From: an uncultured delta proteobacterium
GTDB lineage: Bacteria; Desulfobacterota; Binatia; UBA9968
Reading direction: 5' to 3'
Assembly (NCBI GenBank): GCA_963745035.1
Contig: CAVUVW010000013.1
Location: 1,248,001-1,312,000, forward strand
DNA: 64,000 nt
In this document: positions 19,672 through 29,760 of the stretch, one piece after another
How positions within the stretch are numbered: position 1 is the stretch's first letter
How the letters are laid out: every line of letters starts with the position of its first letter
The notes under the pieces: model-generated
What the model was told of the DNA's origin: nothing
Database searches by the model: none
The model's input: the letters and a program-made list of their open reading frames with translations, nothing else
Made by a program: the position numbers and the translations under genes

Positions 19672-20481
19672 ATGATGCCGCATCTGACTTTGCCGGATAC
19701 GGAAATCTACTACGAATGCCACGGCGACGGCCCGCCGTTCTTGTTTTGCAGCGTCACCGGGCTCGATCATCAAGCTTGGAAGTTCCACCAAGTACCGGAG
19801 TTCTCGCGCGATCATCGCGTGATCCTGTTCGACTATCGCGGCACCGGCAAGTCGAGCAAAACGGTGCAAAAGTATTCAATCAAAATGTTCACTGACGATG
19901 TTGCGGCGCTGCTCGATCATTTGAATGTGGAGCAAGCAATCGTCTGCGGTCACTCCATGGGCGGCGTGGTCGCCCAGCTACTCGCCATCGAGCATCCGCG
20001 CAAGGTAAGAAAGCTTATCCTCGCGTCGAGCGGCGCCGCTCATCCCGGCGCAAATGGCATCCCCTTCGCCATGTGCCGGGACATGGTGCGCAAAGGCTTT
20101 GAAGGCTACATCCGCGAGCACACCATCGAAACCGGCTGGACGAAGGAATTCGTTGCGGCCCACCCCGACCTGATTGAAAATTTTCTTCAAGTCAGGATGT
20201 CGGGCATCGCGCCGCTGGAAAATTACCTGCATTTCGTTTTGGCGCGCCAGGAGCACGACCACACGGAACGATTGAAAGAAATTCGTGTGCCTACCCTGAT
20301 CCTTGTCGGCGACGATGAAAACCATGGCGCAGCGGACCGCACGCATTGGGCCGCCGCGCATCACCTCGCCCGTGAGATTCCCAATTCCAAGCTGGTCGCG
20401 CTAAAAGGCGAAGGCCATCACTACCTAGCGACGAATCCAACGGCGGCGCATGAGGCGATCAGAAAATTTATTGGGCCGTAG
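19672..20481 (+). CDS. Alpha/beta fold hydrolase (enol-lactone hydrolase-like)
   Basis: DYRGTGKS, GHSMGG, PTLILVGDDE, GHH. Confidence 0.85.
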   Translation: MMPHLTLPDTEIYYECHGDGPPFLFCSVTGLDHQAWKFHQVPEFSRDHRVILFDYRGTGKSSKTVQKYSIKMFTDDVAALLDHLNVEQAIVCGHSMGGVVAQLLAIEHPRKVRKLILASSGAAHPGANGIPFAMCRDMVRKGFEGYIREHTIETGWTKEFVAAHPDLIENFLQVRMSGIAPLENYLHFVLARQEHDHTERLKEIRVPTLILVGDDENHGAADRTHWAAAHHLAREIPNSKLVALKGEGHHYLATNPTAAHEAIRKFIGP

Positions 20482-20503
20482 GGGAGTTGAAATCCGCCCC
20501 TAC
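20478..20503. repeat. GTAG-type REP-like palindrome
   Basis: GTAGGGG...CCCCTAC hairpin at a gene end; related copy at 26611-26639. Confidence 0.55.
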
Positions 20504-20521
20504 AACAATCGGAGGCAACCC

Positions 20522-21643
20522 ATGGCCGAGAACTTTTCAAGTATCACGAGGCGCGATTTTCTCAGACTCACAGCCAAAAGCGCCATCGTCTCATCCGGTC
20601 TACTATCCGGCTGCGCCGCAGCTACTCCCGGCGGCGCGAAGGTCACCCGCGCGATCGATATCCATCACCACTACATCCCGCCTGAGCTGATCGACGAAGT
20701 GAAGCGCAGCGGCAAAACCCTCGGCGTCGAGTATTTTCCACCAAAAGACGCCAAAGATAATCCATTTCAGATTCGATTCCCCAATGGGAACCGGCTCAAC
20801 CCGGACCGACGCATGACCGAAGTCCCCAACCGTCTCGAGGCCATGACCAAAGGCCATATCGACATCGCCACGGTGGAAGTTCATACCGCCTGCGTCGGCT
20901 ACGAGCTCGACGGCAGCCGCGGCGAGACTTGGTCGAAGCTCTACAACGAAGCGATCATGAGTCTGGTCAAGCGCCACCCCGACCGCTTCGCCGGCATCGC
21001 CACCGTGCCGCTTCAGGACCCGCCGCGCGCCGCGCGCGTGTTGGAGCACGCCATTCGTGATCTGAAAATGTCGGGCGTAACGATCGCGTCCAACGTTGTC
21101 GGCAAATATTTCGACAGCAAAGACTTCGATCCGTTCTGGCAAAAGGCCGAGGAATTGGATGTCCTCATGATCATGCATCCCGAGTGGGTTCTCGGCAGCG
21201 AAAAAATCGGCGCCTACGGCCTGCGCACCGTATGCGGCAATCCAGCGGACACGACCCTCTCGGTCGGCTATATGATCTACAGCGGGGTCTTCGATCGCTT
21301 TCCGAATCTAAAGCTCGCGTTGCTTCACGGCGGCGGCTTTTTTCCGTATCACCTCGGCAGGTTCGACAGCGGCTTCAGGAGCGGCGGCGCCTCGCGCATC
21401 CCGGCAAAACAACCGCCGAGCAAGTATCTCAAGAACCTTTACTTCGACAATTTGCTCTATCGGGTAGAGACCATCGAATATTTGAAGCGCATGGTCGGCG
21501 CCGAGCACATCATGGTCGGCACCGATTATCCCTTCGACCTCGGCGATTGGATGGCGGCGGAGAAGATTCAGACGATGAACTGCACCGAGAGCGAACGCGA
21601 AGCGATGCTGCATGGGAATGCGCGGAAGCTGCTGAAACTGTAA
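20522..21643 (+). CDS. Amidohydrolase_2 family protein (ACMSD/decarboxylase-like) with Tat/lipoprotein signal
   Basis: TRRDFL twin-arginine motif, LSGC lipobox, DIHHH, MHP, HGGG, GTDYPF. Confidence 0.85.
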   Translation: MAENFSSITRRDFLRLTAKSAIVSSGLLSGCAAATPGGAKVTRAIDIHHHYIPPELIDEVKRSGKTLGVEYFPPKDAKDNPFQIRFPNGNRLNPDRRMTEVPNRLEAMTKGHIDIATVEVHTACVGYELDGSRGETWSKLYNEAIMSLVKRHPDRFAGIATVPLQDPPRAARVLEHAIRDLKMSGVTIASNVVGKYFDSKDFDPFWQKAEELDVLMIMHPEWVLGSEKIGAYGLRTVCGNPADTTLSVGYMIYSGVFDRFPNLKLALLHGGGFFPYHLGRFDSGFRSGGASRIPAKQPPSKYLKNLYFDNLLYRVETIEYLKRMVGAEHIMVGTDYPFDLGDWMAAEKIQTMNCTESEREAMLHGNARKLLKL

Positions 21644-21657
21644 CTTCGCCAATTCTT

Positions 21658-23583
21658 ATGGCTGCGATCATTTCGCCTTACGGTTCCTGGAAGTCGCCGA
21701 TCACCGCCGAGTTGGTCGGCGGTGCCGAAACGGGCCTCGAACAATTACGCATTGACGGCGACGATATTTTTTGGATCGAGCGGCGCCCGCAAGAAGGCGG
21801 CAGAAAAGTTATCGTGCGGCGGGCGAACGACGGCACAACCACGGATGTCACGCCGATCGGATTCAACGCGCGCACGCGAGTGCACGAGTACGGCGGCGGG
21901 GACTACGCAGTGCTGAACGGACGAGTCCTCTTTTCAAATTTCACCGATCAACGCCTGTATGTCCAAGAGATCGGCTCTGAGCCGAAGCCGATAACGCCAC
22001 AAGCCTCGATGCGCTATGCCGAAGGTCAGTTCGATCGACGCGGCAAGTTTTTCTATTGCGTGCGGGAGGATCATACCGGGTCAGGCGAAGCGGTAAATTC
22101 TATCGTCCGGGTCGATTTGAGCGACGGCGCTCCCGCCGAAATCATCGCCTCGGGAAACGACTTTTATTCGTCGCCGCGCTTCAGTCCAGATGATGCCCGC
22201 CTGGCTTGGCTCACTTGGAGCCATCCCAACATGCCGTGGGACGGCACGGAGTTGTGGGTCGGCAAAATAAGCGCAGACGGCGGTTTGATTGAAAAGCAAA
22301 GAATTGCCGGCGGCGTCGATGAATCGATTTTTCAGCCGGAATGGGCGCCGGACGGCACGCTGTATTTTGTCTCCGACCGAAGCGGCTGGTGGAATCTCTA
22401 CCGCTGGCGAGACAATCAGGTCGAGCCACTCTGCCCAATGGAAGCCGAGTTCGGTCAACCCCAGTGGGTCTTCGGCACTAGCCTCTACGCATTTTCGTCC
22501 GCGACCCGAATCGTCTGTACTTATGCGAAAGACGGCCGTGACTACCTCGCCATGTTGGACACGGAGAATAGAACGCTCAAAACAATTGAGCTGCCGTTCA
22601 CGACCATCTCCCAGGTTCGCGCTTCGGGTAATCGCGTGGTGCTCATCGGATCGGCCCGGACGGAATCCGCTTCGATCGTATCTCTCGATTTGCGTACGAA
22701 CTCCTTCGATATATTGCGGCGGTCGAGAGAAGCAACCAACCTTGCAGGCTACCTCACGATACCGCAAGCGATAGAATTTCCCACCGAGCAAGGATTGACC
22801 GCCCACGGATATTTTTACCGGCCGACCAATCGCGACTACGCCGCGCCGGAGAATGAAAAACCGCCACTGCTGGTGATGAGCCATGGAGGACCGACCTCCT
22901 CGACTTCAGCGTCACTCAAATACTCCATTCAGTACTGGACGAGCCGGGGAATCGCCGTTCTCGATGTCAACTACGGCGGCAGCTCCAGCTACGGCCGCGC
23001 CTATCGAGAACGGCTCAACGGCCTCTGGGGCATCGTCGATGTCGACGACTGCGTCAACGGCGCGCGCTATTTAGTCGAACACGGCGAAGTCGACGGCCGC
23101 CGGCTTGCCATACGCGGCGGCAGCGCCGGCGGCTACACCACGCTTTGCGCGCTCACGTTCCGCGACGTCTTCAAAGCCGGCGCGAGCCACTACGGCATCA
23201 GCGACTTGGAAGCCCTCGCCAAGGATACCCACAAGTTCGAGTCGCGCTATCTTGAACGGCTGATCGGTCCCTACCCCAAGCGACGCGATCTTTACGTCGA
23301 GCGCTCCCCCATCCACTTCACCGACCGGTTGAGTTGTCCCATGATCATCTTTCAAGGTCTCGAAGACAAAGTCGTCCCGCCCAATCAGGCCGAGAAAATG
23401 GTGGAAGCCGTGCGTGCGAAGAAATTGCCCGTCGCCTACGTTACCTTTGAAGGCGAGCAGCACGGCTTTCGGAAGGCGGAAAATATCCGGCGCGTGCTCG
23501 AAGCAGAACTCTATTTTTACTCCAAGCTTTTCGGTTTCGAACTAGGCGATCCTGTCGAGCCCGTCGAAATTGAGAACCTGTAA
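21658..23583 (+). CDS. S9 family peptidase (dipeptidyl aminopeptidase / acylaminoacyl peptidase)
   Basis: PYGSWKSPIT, RVHEYGGG, HGGPT, GGSAGG, DKVVP, EQHGF catalytic triad motifs. Confidence 0.92.
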   Translation: MAAIISPYGSWKSPITAELVGGAETGLEQLRIDGDDIFWIERRPQEGGRKVIVRRANDGTTTDVTPIGFNARTRVHEYGGGDYAVLNGRVLFSNFTDQRLYVQEIGSEPKPITPQASMRYAEGQFDRRGKFFYCVREDHTGSGEAVNSIVRVDLSDGAPAEIIASGNDFYSSPRFSPDDARLAWLTWSHPNMPWDGTELWVGKISADGGLIEKQRIAGGVDESIFQPEWAPDGTLYFVSDRSGWWNLYRWRDNQVEPLCPMEAEFGQPQWVFGTSLYAFSSATRIVCTYAKDGRDYLAMLDTENRTLKTIELPFTTISQVRASGNRVVLIGSARTESASIVSLDLRTNSFDILRRSREATNLAGYLTIPQAIEFPTEQGLTAHGYFYRPTNRDYAAPENEKPPLLVMSHGGPTSSTSASLKYSIQYWTSRGIAVLDVNYGGSSSYGRAYRERLNGLWGIVDVDDCVNGARYLVEHGEVDGRRLAIRGGSAGGYTTLCALTFRDVFKAGASHYGISDLEALAKDTHKFESRYLERLIGPYPKRRDLYVERSPIHFTDRLSCPMIIFQGLEDKVVPPNQAEKMVEAVRAKKLPVAYVTFEGEQHGFRKAENIRRVLEAELYFYSKLFGFELGDPVEPVEIENL

Positions 23584-23684
23584 GAAGATCGGCCGACCTT
23601 TCGTTTCGGCGACTAGCATTCGAATGTCCTTAACCTCGTTGCAATAATCGGCTCAGATGGAATTTTGATGAACCCCGAAGGCTA

Positions 23685-24383
23685 ATGAAGTTTAAGGCGG
23701 TCATTTTCGATTTCTACGGTACCCTGGTGGAGGACTTTGGATCAGCATCGGTAGACCAGCTGCAGACGGAATTTCTCAAAGCGCTTGAAGTTCCTGCCGA
23801 GCCTTTCATGAAGCTCTGGAGAGAAACAACAGAGAAGCGAGTTGGCGGTGCATTTCAGACGGTTGAAGCCAGTATCGAGCATGTTTGCGATCTCTTAGCT
23901 GTGAAGTTAACACGGGAACGATTGACTCGTGCGACGGAAATCCGCTTGCAGATTATAAGGCAAACACTCAAGCCAAAAGCAGATGCCGTAAAAACACTCT
24001 CGCGCCTGAAGCAGGAAGCCTATAAGATTGGCTTGCTCAGCAATTGTTCCATAGAAATTGCGATTCTCTGGCAGGAAACGGAATTCGCTCCTTTAATCGA
24101 TTCCGCCATTTTCTCGAGCCGTGAGTGCCTCAAAAAGCCAGACCTTCGCATGTATCGTCTCGCCTGCGAGCGCCTTCACGTGACGCCAGGCGAATGCCTC
24201 TATGTCGCCGACGGCGAGAATAACGAGCTTGCCGCCGCGGCCAAGGTCGGCTTGCATCCGGTACTGATTCGAAATCCCGCGTCGCAAAAACGTCCGGATC
24301 TTTTTAGGGAAGCAACCGAATGGCAAGGGCGCACCATTTCTGAGCTTACCGAAGTCCTAGGAATAGCTGTATCGAGCCTGTGA
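23685..24383 (+). CDS. HAD family hydrolase
   Basis: FDFYGTL, LSN, KKPD, YVADGENNEL. Motif I reads DxY rather than DxD. Confidence 0.82.
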   Translation: MKFKAVIFDFYGTLVEDFGSASVDQLQTEFLKALEVPAEPFMKLWRETTEKRVGGAFQTVEASIEHVCDLLAVKLTRERLTRATEIRLQIIRQTLKPKADAVKTLSRLKQEAYKIGLLSNCSIEIAILWQETEFAPLIDSAIFSSRECLKKPDLRMYRLACERLHVTPGECLYVADGENNELAAAAKVGLHPVLIRNPASQKRPDLFREATEWQGRTISELTEVLGIAVSSL

Positions 24384-24434
24384 CAATCTCTTGAGTATTT
24401 CAAAACGTTCGTCGCCGCAAATCGGGGCGTTATC

Positions 24435-24560
24435 ATGACGATTCGCGATGCCACAGAAACTGACCTTCCGGCTATCGTTGGGGACTCTTGCCGCGTGTCG
24501 CTGAACTAGACGGCGTCGAGCGCGATCTGATAATTTTGGGGGCATCGTATTCTGGACTGA
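24435..24560 (+). pseudogene. Internally deleted GNAT (YncA/PAT-like) acetyltransferase remnant
   Basis: MTIRDATETDLPAIV abuts, out of frame, WGLLPRVAELDGVERDLIILG; these resemble the two ends of this family. Confidence 0.65.
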
Positions 24561-24586
24561 CCGAGATTGAATTCGACGGAGAGAAA

Positions 24587-25261
24587 ATGGGTCCTTATAC
24601 AAAGCGGCAACCGGTTTCTTTACTTCTCTTCGGCATCATGGTCCTAACAGCGGCCTCAGCTCACGCGGCCGGATCCGGCGTTTGGGAAACATCGATCAAC
24701 CCTCAAACCACGGAGCGCTTCATTCCGGTCGAGCTCTGGACGGGAGCGGACTGGGACGGGCAAAAAGAATTGAAAATGGCGCCCGTCGACGGCGTCTATC
24801 GTCACCGCACCTCGAGCTACTCGATCAAGGGCCCAACCGAATGGAAGCATCCGGTAACCGGCCGGACATCGCTCACCTACGAGAGAATAAATCCCGGCAG
24901 AAACAAAGACGACGATAAGTCGCAGCTGTTCACCATCAATGAGGATCAAACGGGTTTGGGCAGGCTATTTGACGGCAGGCCGCGTCGAGACACGCGCACC
25001 TATTCGGGCGGTCTGAAATTTCCTCTTGGACTGTGGAAAGAAGGCGAAACAAAATCGTTCGTATACAAAGTCTGGGACACGACCGAAACAACGAGAATGG
25101 AAGCGATTACGATCAAACAGATCAATTTCACTTATCAGGGGGCGCCCTATTGCCTGGAGATCTATTGGACTGCTACGGACCGATCGGGGAGAAAAACCTA
25201 CGATCGCCACACCTACATCTACTGTCCTAGGAAGAGCATGGTGAACCAAATTCAGCACTAA
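24587..25261 (+). CDS. Secreted hypothetical protein
   Basis: GGAGA RBS, signal peptide ending AHA, beta-rich mature region, no family recognised. Confidence 0.7.
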   Translation: MGPYTKRQPVSLLLFGIMVLTAASAHAAGSGVWETSINPQTTERFIPVELWTGADWDGQKELKMAPVDGVYRHRTSSYSIKGPTEWKHPVTGRTSLTYERINPGRNKDDDKSQLFTINEDQTGLGRLFDGRPRRDTRTYSGGLKFPLGLWKEGETKSFVYKVWDTTETTRMEAITIKQINFTYQGAPYCLEIYWTATDRSGRKTYDRHTYIYCPRKSMVNQIQH

Positions 25262-25402
25262 GGCACCTCGCCCGCGTTGCACGCCGCCGAAGTTCTTCCC
25301 AATAGCAGCGTCTCAGATACCCAACCCGCCACCCAGTGTTCCAAGCAATCGAAGGGACGTGCTAGTATCCGAGCAAACCAAAAACTTGGAGCAGTCATTC
25401 AC

Positions 25403-26575
25403 ATGCAGCACACGCCGCCGGCAGAATTCCATCAACCGCAGGGCTTCTTGGCTCTCGCCAAGAATGTCGGGATCAAAGACTCGACACTCGACCTGACTGT
25501 CATTTATTCGACCGTTCGCGCACGCGCGGCGGCGATGTTTACGCGCAATCGCTTTCCCGGCGCGCCGGTGATCATTGGCAAGAAACATATTGCCAATGGC
25601 TACGCGCAGGCGCTGGTCATCAACAGCAAGAATGCCAACGTGGCGATGGGCAAACAAGGCATCGATAACGCGATCGAAACCTGCCGTAGCGTGGGAGAAG
25701 AATTGGACATCAGCCCGTATGACGTCCTGCCTTTCTCCACTGGCGTCATCGGCCGCCCCCTGCCCATGGACAAGATCCGCGCGGGATTGCGCGGCATTCG
25801 GAGCGAATTGAAGCCGGACAATCTCAAGATCGCCGCTGAAGCGATCATGACGACGGACAGATATCCGAAATACATCTCCGTGAAAGTTGGCAAGGCGACT
25901 ATCGCCGGTATCGCCAAGGGCGCCGGAATGATCGAACCGAACATGGCGACGATGCTGGTCTATCTCATGACGGACGCCGAACTGCCCCCGGGCGCGCTGC
26001 GGCCGATGCTTCGGCGCGTCGTCGATCGCACTTTCAATTGCATGAGCATCGACACCGACACCAGCACGAGCGATACCGTCGTGCTAATGGCCAACGGTCT
26101 GGCCGGGAAAGTGAGACTCGGTGCATTTGAAAAGGATTTGTTGAAGGTCTGCGAATATCTCGCCAAAGAGATCGCTCGCAGTGGGGAAGGCGCCACCAAG
26201 CTGATCACCGTCGATGTGAAAGACGCGACGAACGACGGACAGGCGAAGCGGATCGCGAAGTCGGTCGTCAACTCGCCGCTCGTCAAAACCGCCGTCTACG
26301 GGTGCGATCCCAACTGGGGCCGGGTAATCATGGCCATCGGCAAGACCTTCGATCCGGCCGTCGATCCCGCCAAAGTCACGATAAACTTCGGCGGCACGAA
26401 TGTTTTTAAAAAGGGCACGCCCGTGGATTGCGATCTCGAGGCGCTACGACAATATCTCGGACAGCCGGAAGTGACGATCGGGGTAAATCTCGGCATCGGC
26501 AAAGCCGGCGCGCGCGTTTGGGGATGCGATCTGACCGAAGGTTACATTAAAGAGAACGCCTACTACACGACGTAA
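25403..26575 (+). CDS. argJ: Bifunctional ornithine acetyltransferase / N-acetylglutamate synthase
   Basis: STGVIG, AIMTTD, KGAGMIEPNMATML, DTDTSTSD, SPLVKTA, DPNWGR. Confidence 0.94.
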   Translation: MQHTPPAEFHQPQGFLALAKNVGIKDSTLDLTVIYSTVRARAAAMFTRNRFPGAPVIIGKKHIANGYAQALVINSKNANVAMGKQGIDNAIETCRSVGEELDISPYDVLPFSTGVIGRPLPMDKIRAGLRGIRSELKPDNLKIAAEAIMTTDRYPKYISVKVGKATIAGIAKGAGMIEPNMATMLVYLMTDAELPPGALRPMLRRVVDRTFNCMSIDTDTSTSDTVVLMANGLAGKVRLGAFEKDLLKVCEYLAKEIARSGEGATKLITVDVKDATNDGQAKRIAKSVVNSPLVKTAVYGCDPNWGRVIMAIGKTFDPAVDPAKVTINFGGTNVFKKGTPVDCDLEALRQYLGQPEVTIGVNLGIGKAGARVWGCDLTEGYIKENAYYTT

Positions 26576-26610
26576 AATGACGACCGTCTTCGTGCACCCG
26601 GATGCAGGAG

Positions 26611-26639
26611 GTAGGGGCGCGCTTCAAACCCGCCCCTAC
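26611..26639. repeat. GTAG-type REP-like palindrome
   Basis: GTAGGGGCG-CGCTTCAAACC-CGCCCCTAC with perfect 9-bp arms. Confidence 0.65.
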
Positions 26640-26652
26640 ACGAAAGAATCGG

Positions 26653-27825
26653 ATGGAGCAGAAAGCGAATAATTTTCTTCTGAAAGGCGGTCGCCTTATC
26701 GACCCCGCCGGCGGCAAAGATGGAATTTTCGACATCCACGTGCGCGATGGCAGAATCCAAGCGATCGGAGCAAACGTCGCTGACGATGGCGCGACCGTCA
26801 TCGACATCAAAGACCACATCGTCACCCCCGGTCTGATCGACGTTCATCTGCACCTCATGAAGGGCCTCGGCGCCTTCGGCGTCGATCCGGATATATTCGG
26901 CGTCGGTTCGGGCGTGACGACCGTCGTCGATGCCGGCAGCGCCGGGCATACCCTGCTCAACGTTTTTCGAAACTATGTCACGGACAACGCCAAGACGCGG
27001 GTACTCAACTACATCAATCTTTCCACCCTCGGCGGCGTTAGCGGACCAGGCTATAGCATTCTCGCCGACCCGCGTCTGATCGATGAGGCGAAGATCGAGC
27101 AAGCCGTCGAAGCCAACCGAGACATTATCGTCGGCATCAAGATCATGGCGACAGGAGGAGCGCTCGGGTCCCAAGGATTGAAGCCGTTGGAACGCGCGCG
27201 CAAGCTCGGCGACACGTTAAAATTGCCGCTGCTCGTGCACATCGGCGAGAGTTGGACCAAGGACACTGCGCCGGTGCACGTCGGCGACGTCCTTAAGTAT
27301 CTTCGAGCGGGCGATATCGTGACGCACATGTTCACCGTACATCCCGGCGGTTTGCTCGACGGCAACGGCAAGCTCTGGCCGCAGGTGCGCGACGCCAAAG
27401 AATCCGGCGTGCTGATGGATGTCGGCCATGGGCTGCACAATTTGAATTTCGATGTGGCCCGCAAGGTTCTCGATCAAGGACTTCATCCCGACGGCGTTTC
27501 CACCGACGGCCATCGCGGCAACCGCGCCGGACCCGTGTACGATTTGCCGACAACCATGGCGAAGCTCATGGCGCTGGGATTCTCGCTCAATCAGGTGATC
27601 GAGATGGCGACGGCGAACGCCGCGCGGCTGCTCGGCCGCTCCCATGAACTAGGAACGCTCAAGATCGGGGATACGGCGGATTTATCCGTTTTAAGGATCG
27701 AGGATAGAGAATGGCAAGCGGTCGATTCCCAAAAAGGAACCATTCCCGCACGCCAGGCAATCACTCCGGTGTACGCGATTCTCGGCGATACGATTTATGA
27801 GCCTTTAGCAGTGAAACGGCCATAA
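26653..27825 (+). CDS. Amidohydrolase/deacetylase family metallohydrolase (dihydroorotase-like, EF_0837-type)
   Basis: PGLIDVHLH, GVTTVVDAGS, VHIG, THMF, DVGHG, STD. Confidence 0.85.
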   Translation: MEQKANNFLLKGGRLIDPAGGKDGIFDIHVRDGRIQAIGANVADDGATVIDIKDHIVTPGLIDVHLHLMKGLGAFGVDPDIFGVGSGVTTVVDAGSAGHTLLNVFRNYVTDNAKTRVLNYINLSTLGGVSGPGYSILADPRLIDEAKIEQAVEANRDIIVGIKIMATGGALGSQGLKPLERARKLGDTLKLPLLVHIGESWTKDTAPVHVGDVLKYLRAGDIVTHMFTVHPGGLLDGNGKLWPQVRDAKESGVLMDVGHGLHNLNFDVARKVLDQGLHPDGVSTDGHRGNRAGPVYDLPTTMAKLMALGFSLNQVIEMATANAARLLGRSHELGTLKIGDTADLSVLRIEDREWQAVDSQKGTIPARQAITPVYAILGDTIYEPLAVKRP

Positions 27826-27915
27826 TTTGTTTACGCTCTCCACATTGTTTCTAATTTCAGTTTGGCCGGTCTGGAAAAAGACTTCTCTCGACAGGTTGAC
27901 CTGAGATGAAAGCCC

Positions 27916-28007
27916 TTGTCATTTCGAGCAAAGCGAGAAATCTTTCTCTGTAACCCAACCGGATAAACGCATTCAAGAAAGATTTCTCCCTTCAGTCGAA
28001 ATGACAA
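27916..28007. repeat. Long imperfect inverted repeat (MITE-like element) between convergent genes
   Basis: TTGTCATTTCGA...GAGAAATCTTTCT arms paired with AGAAAGATTTCTC...TCGAAATGACAA; partial related copy at 51952-51993. Confidence 0.7.
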
Positions 28008-28070
28008 CGGGTTTCCTTTACGGGCTAGCGCCTGTGCAGGAAAGAGATATCAGAGTGGTTACGGTGCTTC

Positions 28071-29528
28071 CTACCGCCTTCTCCGCGTCGTCGTGCCACC
28101 GAAGATCGATCCTAAAACGCCGCGCATGATCTCACGGCCGAGTTGGCTGCCGATCGCGCGCACCGCGCTCTTGCCCAAAGCTTCGGCCATTTCACCGGCC
28201 TGTGACTGCCACCCGCCGCCTGCGGCAGGCTGCTGCCCCGTAGGAACCTGCGGCGTGCGGGTTTTCAGCATCTCGTAAGCCGACTCGCGGTCCATGACTT
28301 TTTCGTAGTGGCCGTAGATCCCGGACTGCTTGACGGTTCCTTCGCGCTCCGCCACGGACAGCGGCGGAAGCTGGCTTTCCGGCGGATAGATCAGCGCGCG
28401 ATCGACGACATTGGGCTGTCCCTTGTCATTGAGAAACGAAACCAGCGCTTCACCCACGCCGAGCTCCGTGATTACGGTCTCTACGTCGAGATCCTTGTTC
28501 TGCCGAAACGTCGTCGCCGCGGCCTTGACGGCCTTTTGGTCGCGTGGCGTAAAGGCGCGTAGCGCGTGCTGCACGCGATTGCCGAGCTGACCGAGAACGG
28601 TTTCCGGAACGTCGAGCGGATTCTGCGTGATGAAATAGACGCCCACGCCCTTCGAACGAATCAGCCGAACCACCTGCTCGATTTTTTCCAGCAACGCCTT
28701 GGGCGCGTCGTTAAAAAGCAGATGCGCCTCATCGAAAAAGAAAGCGATCTTGGGTTTCTCCGGATCGCCTACCTCGGGCAGGCGCTCGAACAACTCCGAC
28801 ATCAGCCACAACAGGAACGTCGCGTAGAGTTTCGGCGAATTGACGAGCTTGTCGGCGACCAATATGTTAATTGCGCCGCGCCCCTGACCGTCGGTCTGGA
28901 TCATGTCGTCGAGATCGAGCGCCGGCTCGCCGAAGAACTGGTCGCCGCCCTGCTCTTCCAGCGCCAGTAACCCGCGCTGGATCGCGCCGATGCTCGCCGC
29001 TGAAACGTTGCCATACTGAGTCTTGAATTGTCCCGCATTGTCGCCGACATGCTGGAGCATGGCCCGCAGATCTTTGAGATCGAGCAGCAGCATGCCGTTA
29101 TCGTCGGCAATCTTAAAGACCAGGTTGAGCACGCCACTTTGCGTTTCATTCAAATTGAGCAAGCGAGCCATCAAGAGCGGACCCATATCGGACACGGTCG
29201 TGCGGACGGGGTGGCCGTGCTGTCCGAACAGGTCCCAGAAGACCACAGGGTAGCCGTTGAACTGAAACGTCTCCTCGAGTCCCAAGGTTTTCAGCCGCTC
29301 CGAGATCTTCGCATTCTCCTGTCCTGGCCGCGCCATACCGGACAAATCACCCTTCACGTCGGCCATAAAAACCGGAACTCCCGACCGGCTGAGGTTCTCG
29401 GCGATTACGCGCAGCGTGACGGTCTTGCCGGTCCCCGTGGCCCCCGCGATCAAACCATGGTGATTGGCCATACGCGGCAAGATAACGCAAATGTCTTTCC
29501 CCTTGGCGATCGGCAATCCCTCAACCAT
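28071..29528 (-). CDS. HerA-like P-loop ATPase, YjgR/DUF853 family
   Basis: [58 protein letters not shown]. Confidence 0.92.
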   Translation of the reverse strand: MVEGLPIAKGKDICVILPRMANHHGLIAGATGTGKTVTLRVIAENLSRSGVPVFMADVKGDLSGMARPGQENAKISERLKTLGLEETFQFNGYPVVFWDLFGQHGHPVRTTVSDMGPLLMARLLNLNETQSGVLNLVFKIADDNGMLLLDLKDLRAMLQHVGDNAGQFKTQYGNVSAASIGAIQRGLLALEEQGGDQFFGEPALDLDDMIQTDGQGRGAINILVADKLVNSPKLYATFLLWLMSELFERLPEVGDPEKPKIAFFFDEAHLLFNDAPKALLEKIEQVVRLIRSKGVGVYFITQNPLDVPETVLGQLGNRVQHALRAFTPRDQKAVKAAATTFRQNKDLDVETVITELGVGEALVSFLNDKGQPNVVDRALIYPPESQLPPLSVAEREGTVKQSGIYGHYEKVMDRESAYEMLKTRTPQVPTGQQPAAGGGWQSQAGEMAEALGKSAVRAIGSQLGREIMRGVLGSIFGGTTTRRRR

Positions 29529-29625
29529 GGCCTCGAGCCTCCCTTATTTATTGACAACTTAAAACCTTTAGGCGGGAATGTTCACGCTTGTCAACTAGTG
29601 TTGATGCCTTTATAAACCTCCGGCG

Positions 29626-29651
29626 TGAATGAAATGTCGGCATCAGGCGTC
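29626..29651 (+). promoter_or_regulatory. Putative ECF-sigma promoter (TGAAT-17-CGTC)
   Basis: Matches the motif at 30149-30173 upstream of the next small gene. Confidence 0.4.
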
Positions 29652-29760
29652 CAAGTCACCAGAACGAACGGGCCCGAATAGCATCGAGTGGAGGGCGATA
29701 CGATTTCGGTCCTTTCGTTTCAAATTCATCAACAACACAATTCACAAGGGGGATAACTGA

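Noticed and set aside
21184-21657. N-terminal 158-aa extension of the S9 peptidase ORF
   Set aside because: It overlaps the amidohydrolase in another frame; the family-typical start is MAAIISPYGSW at 21658.
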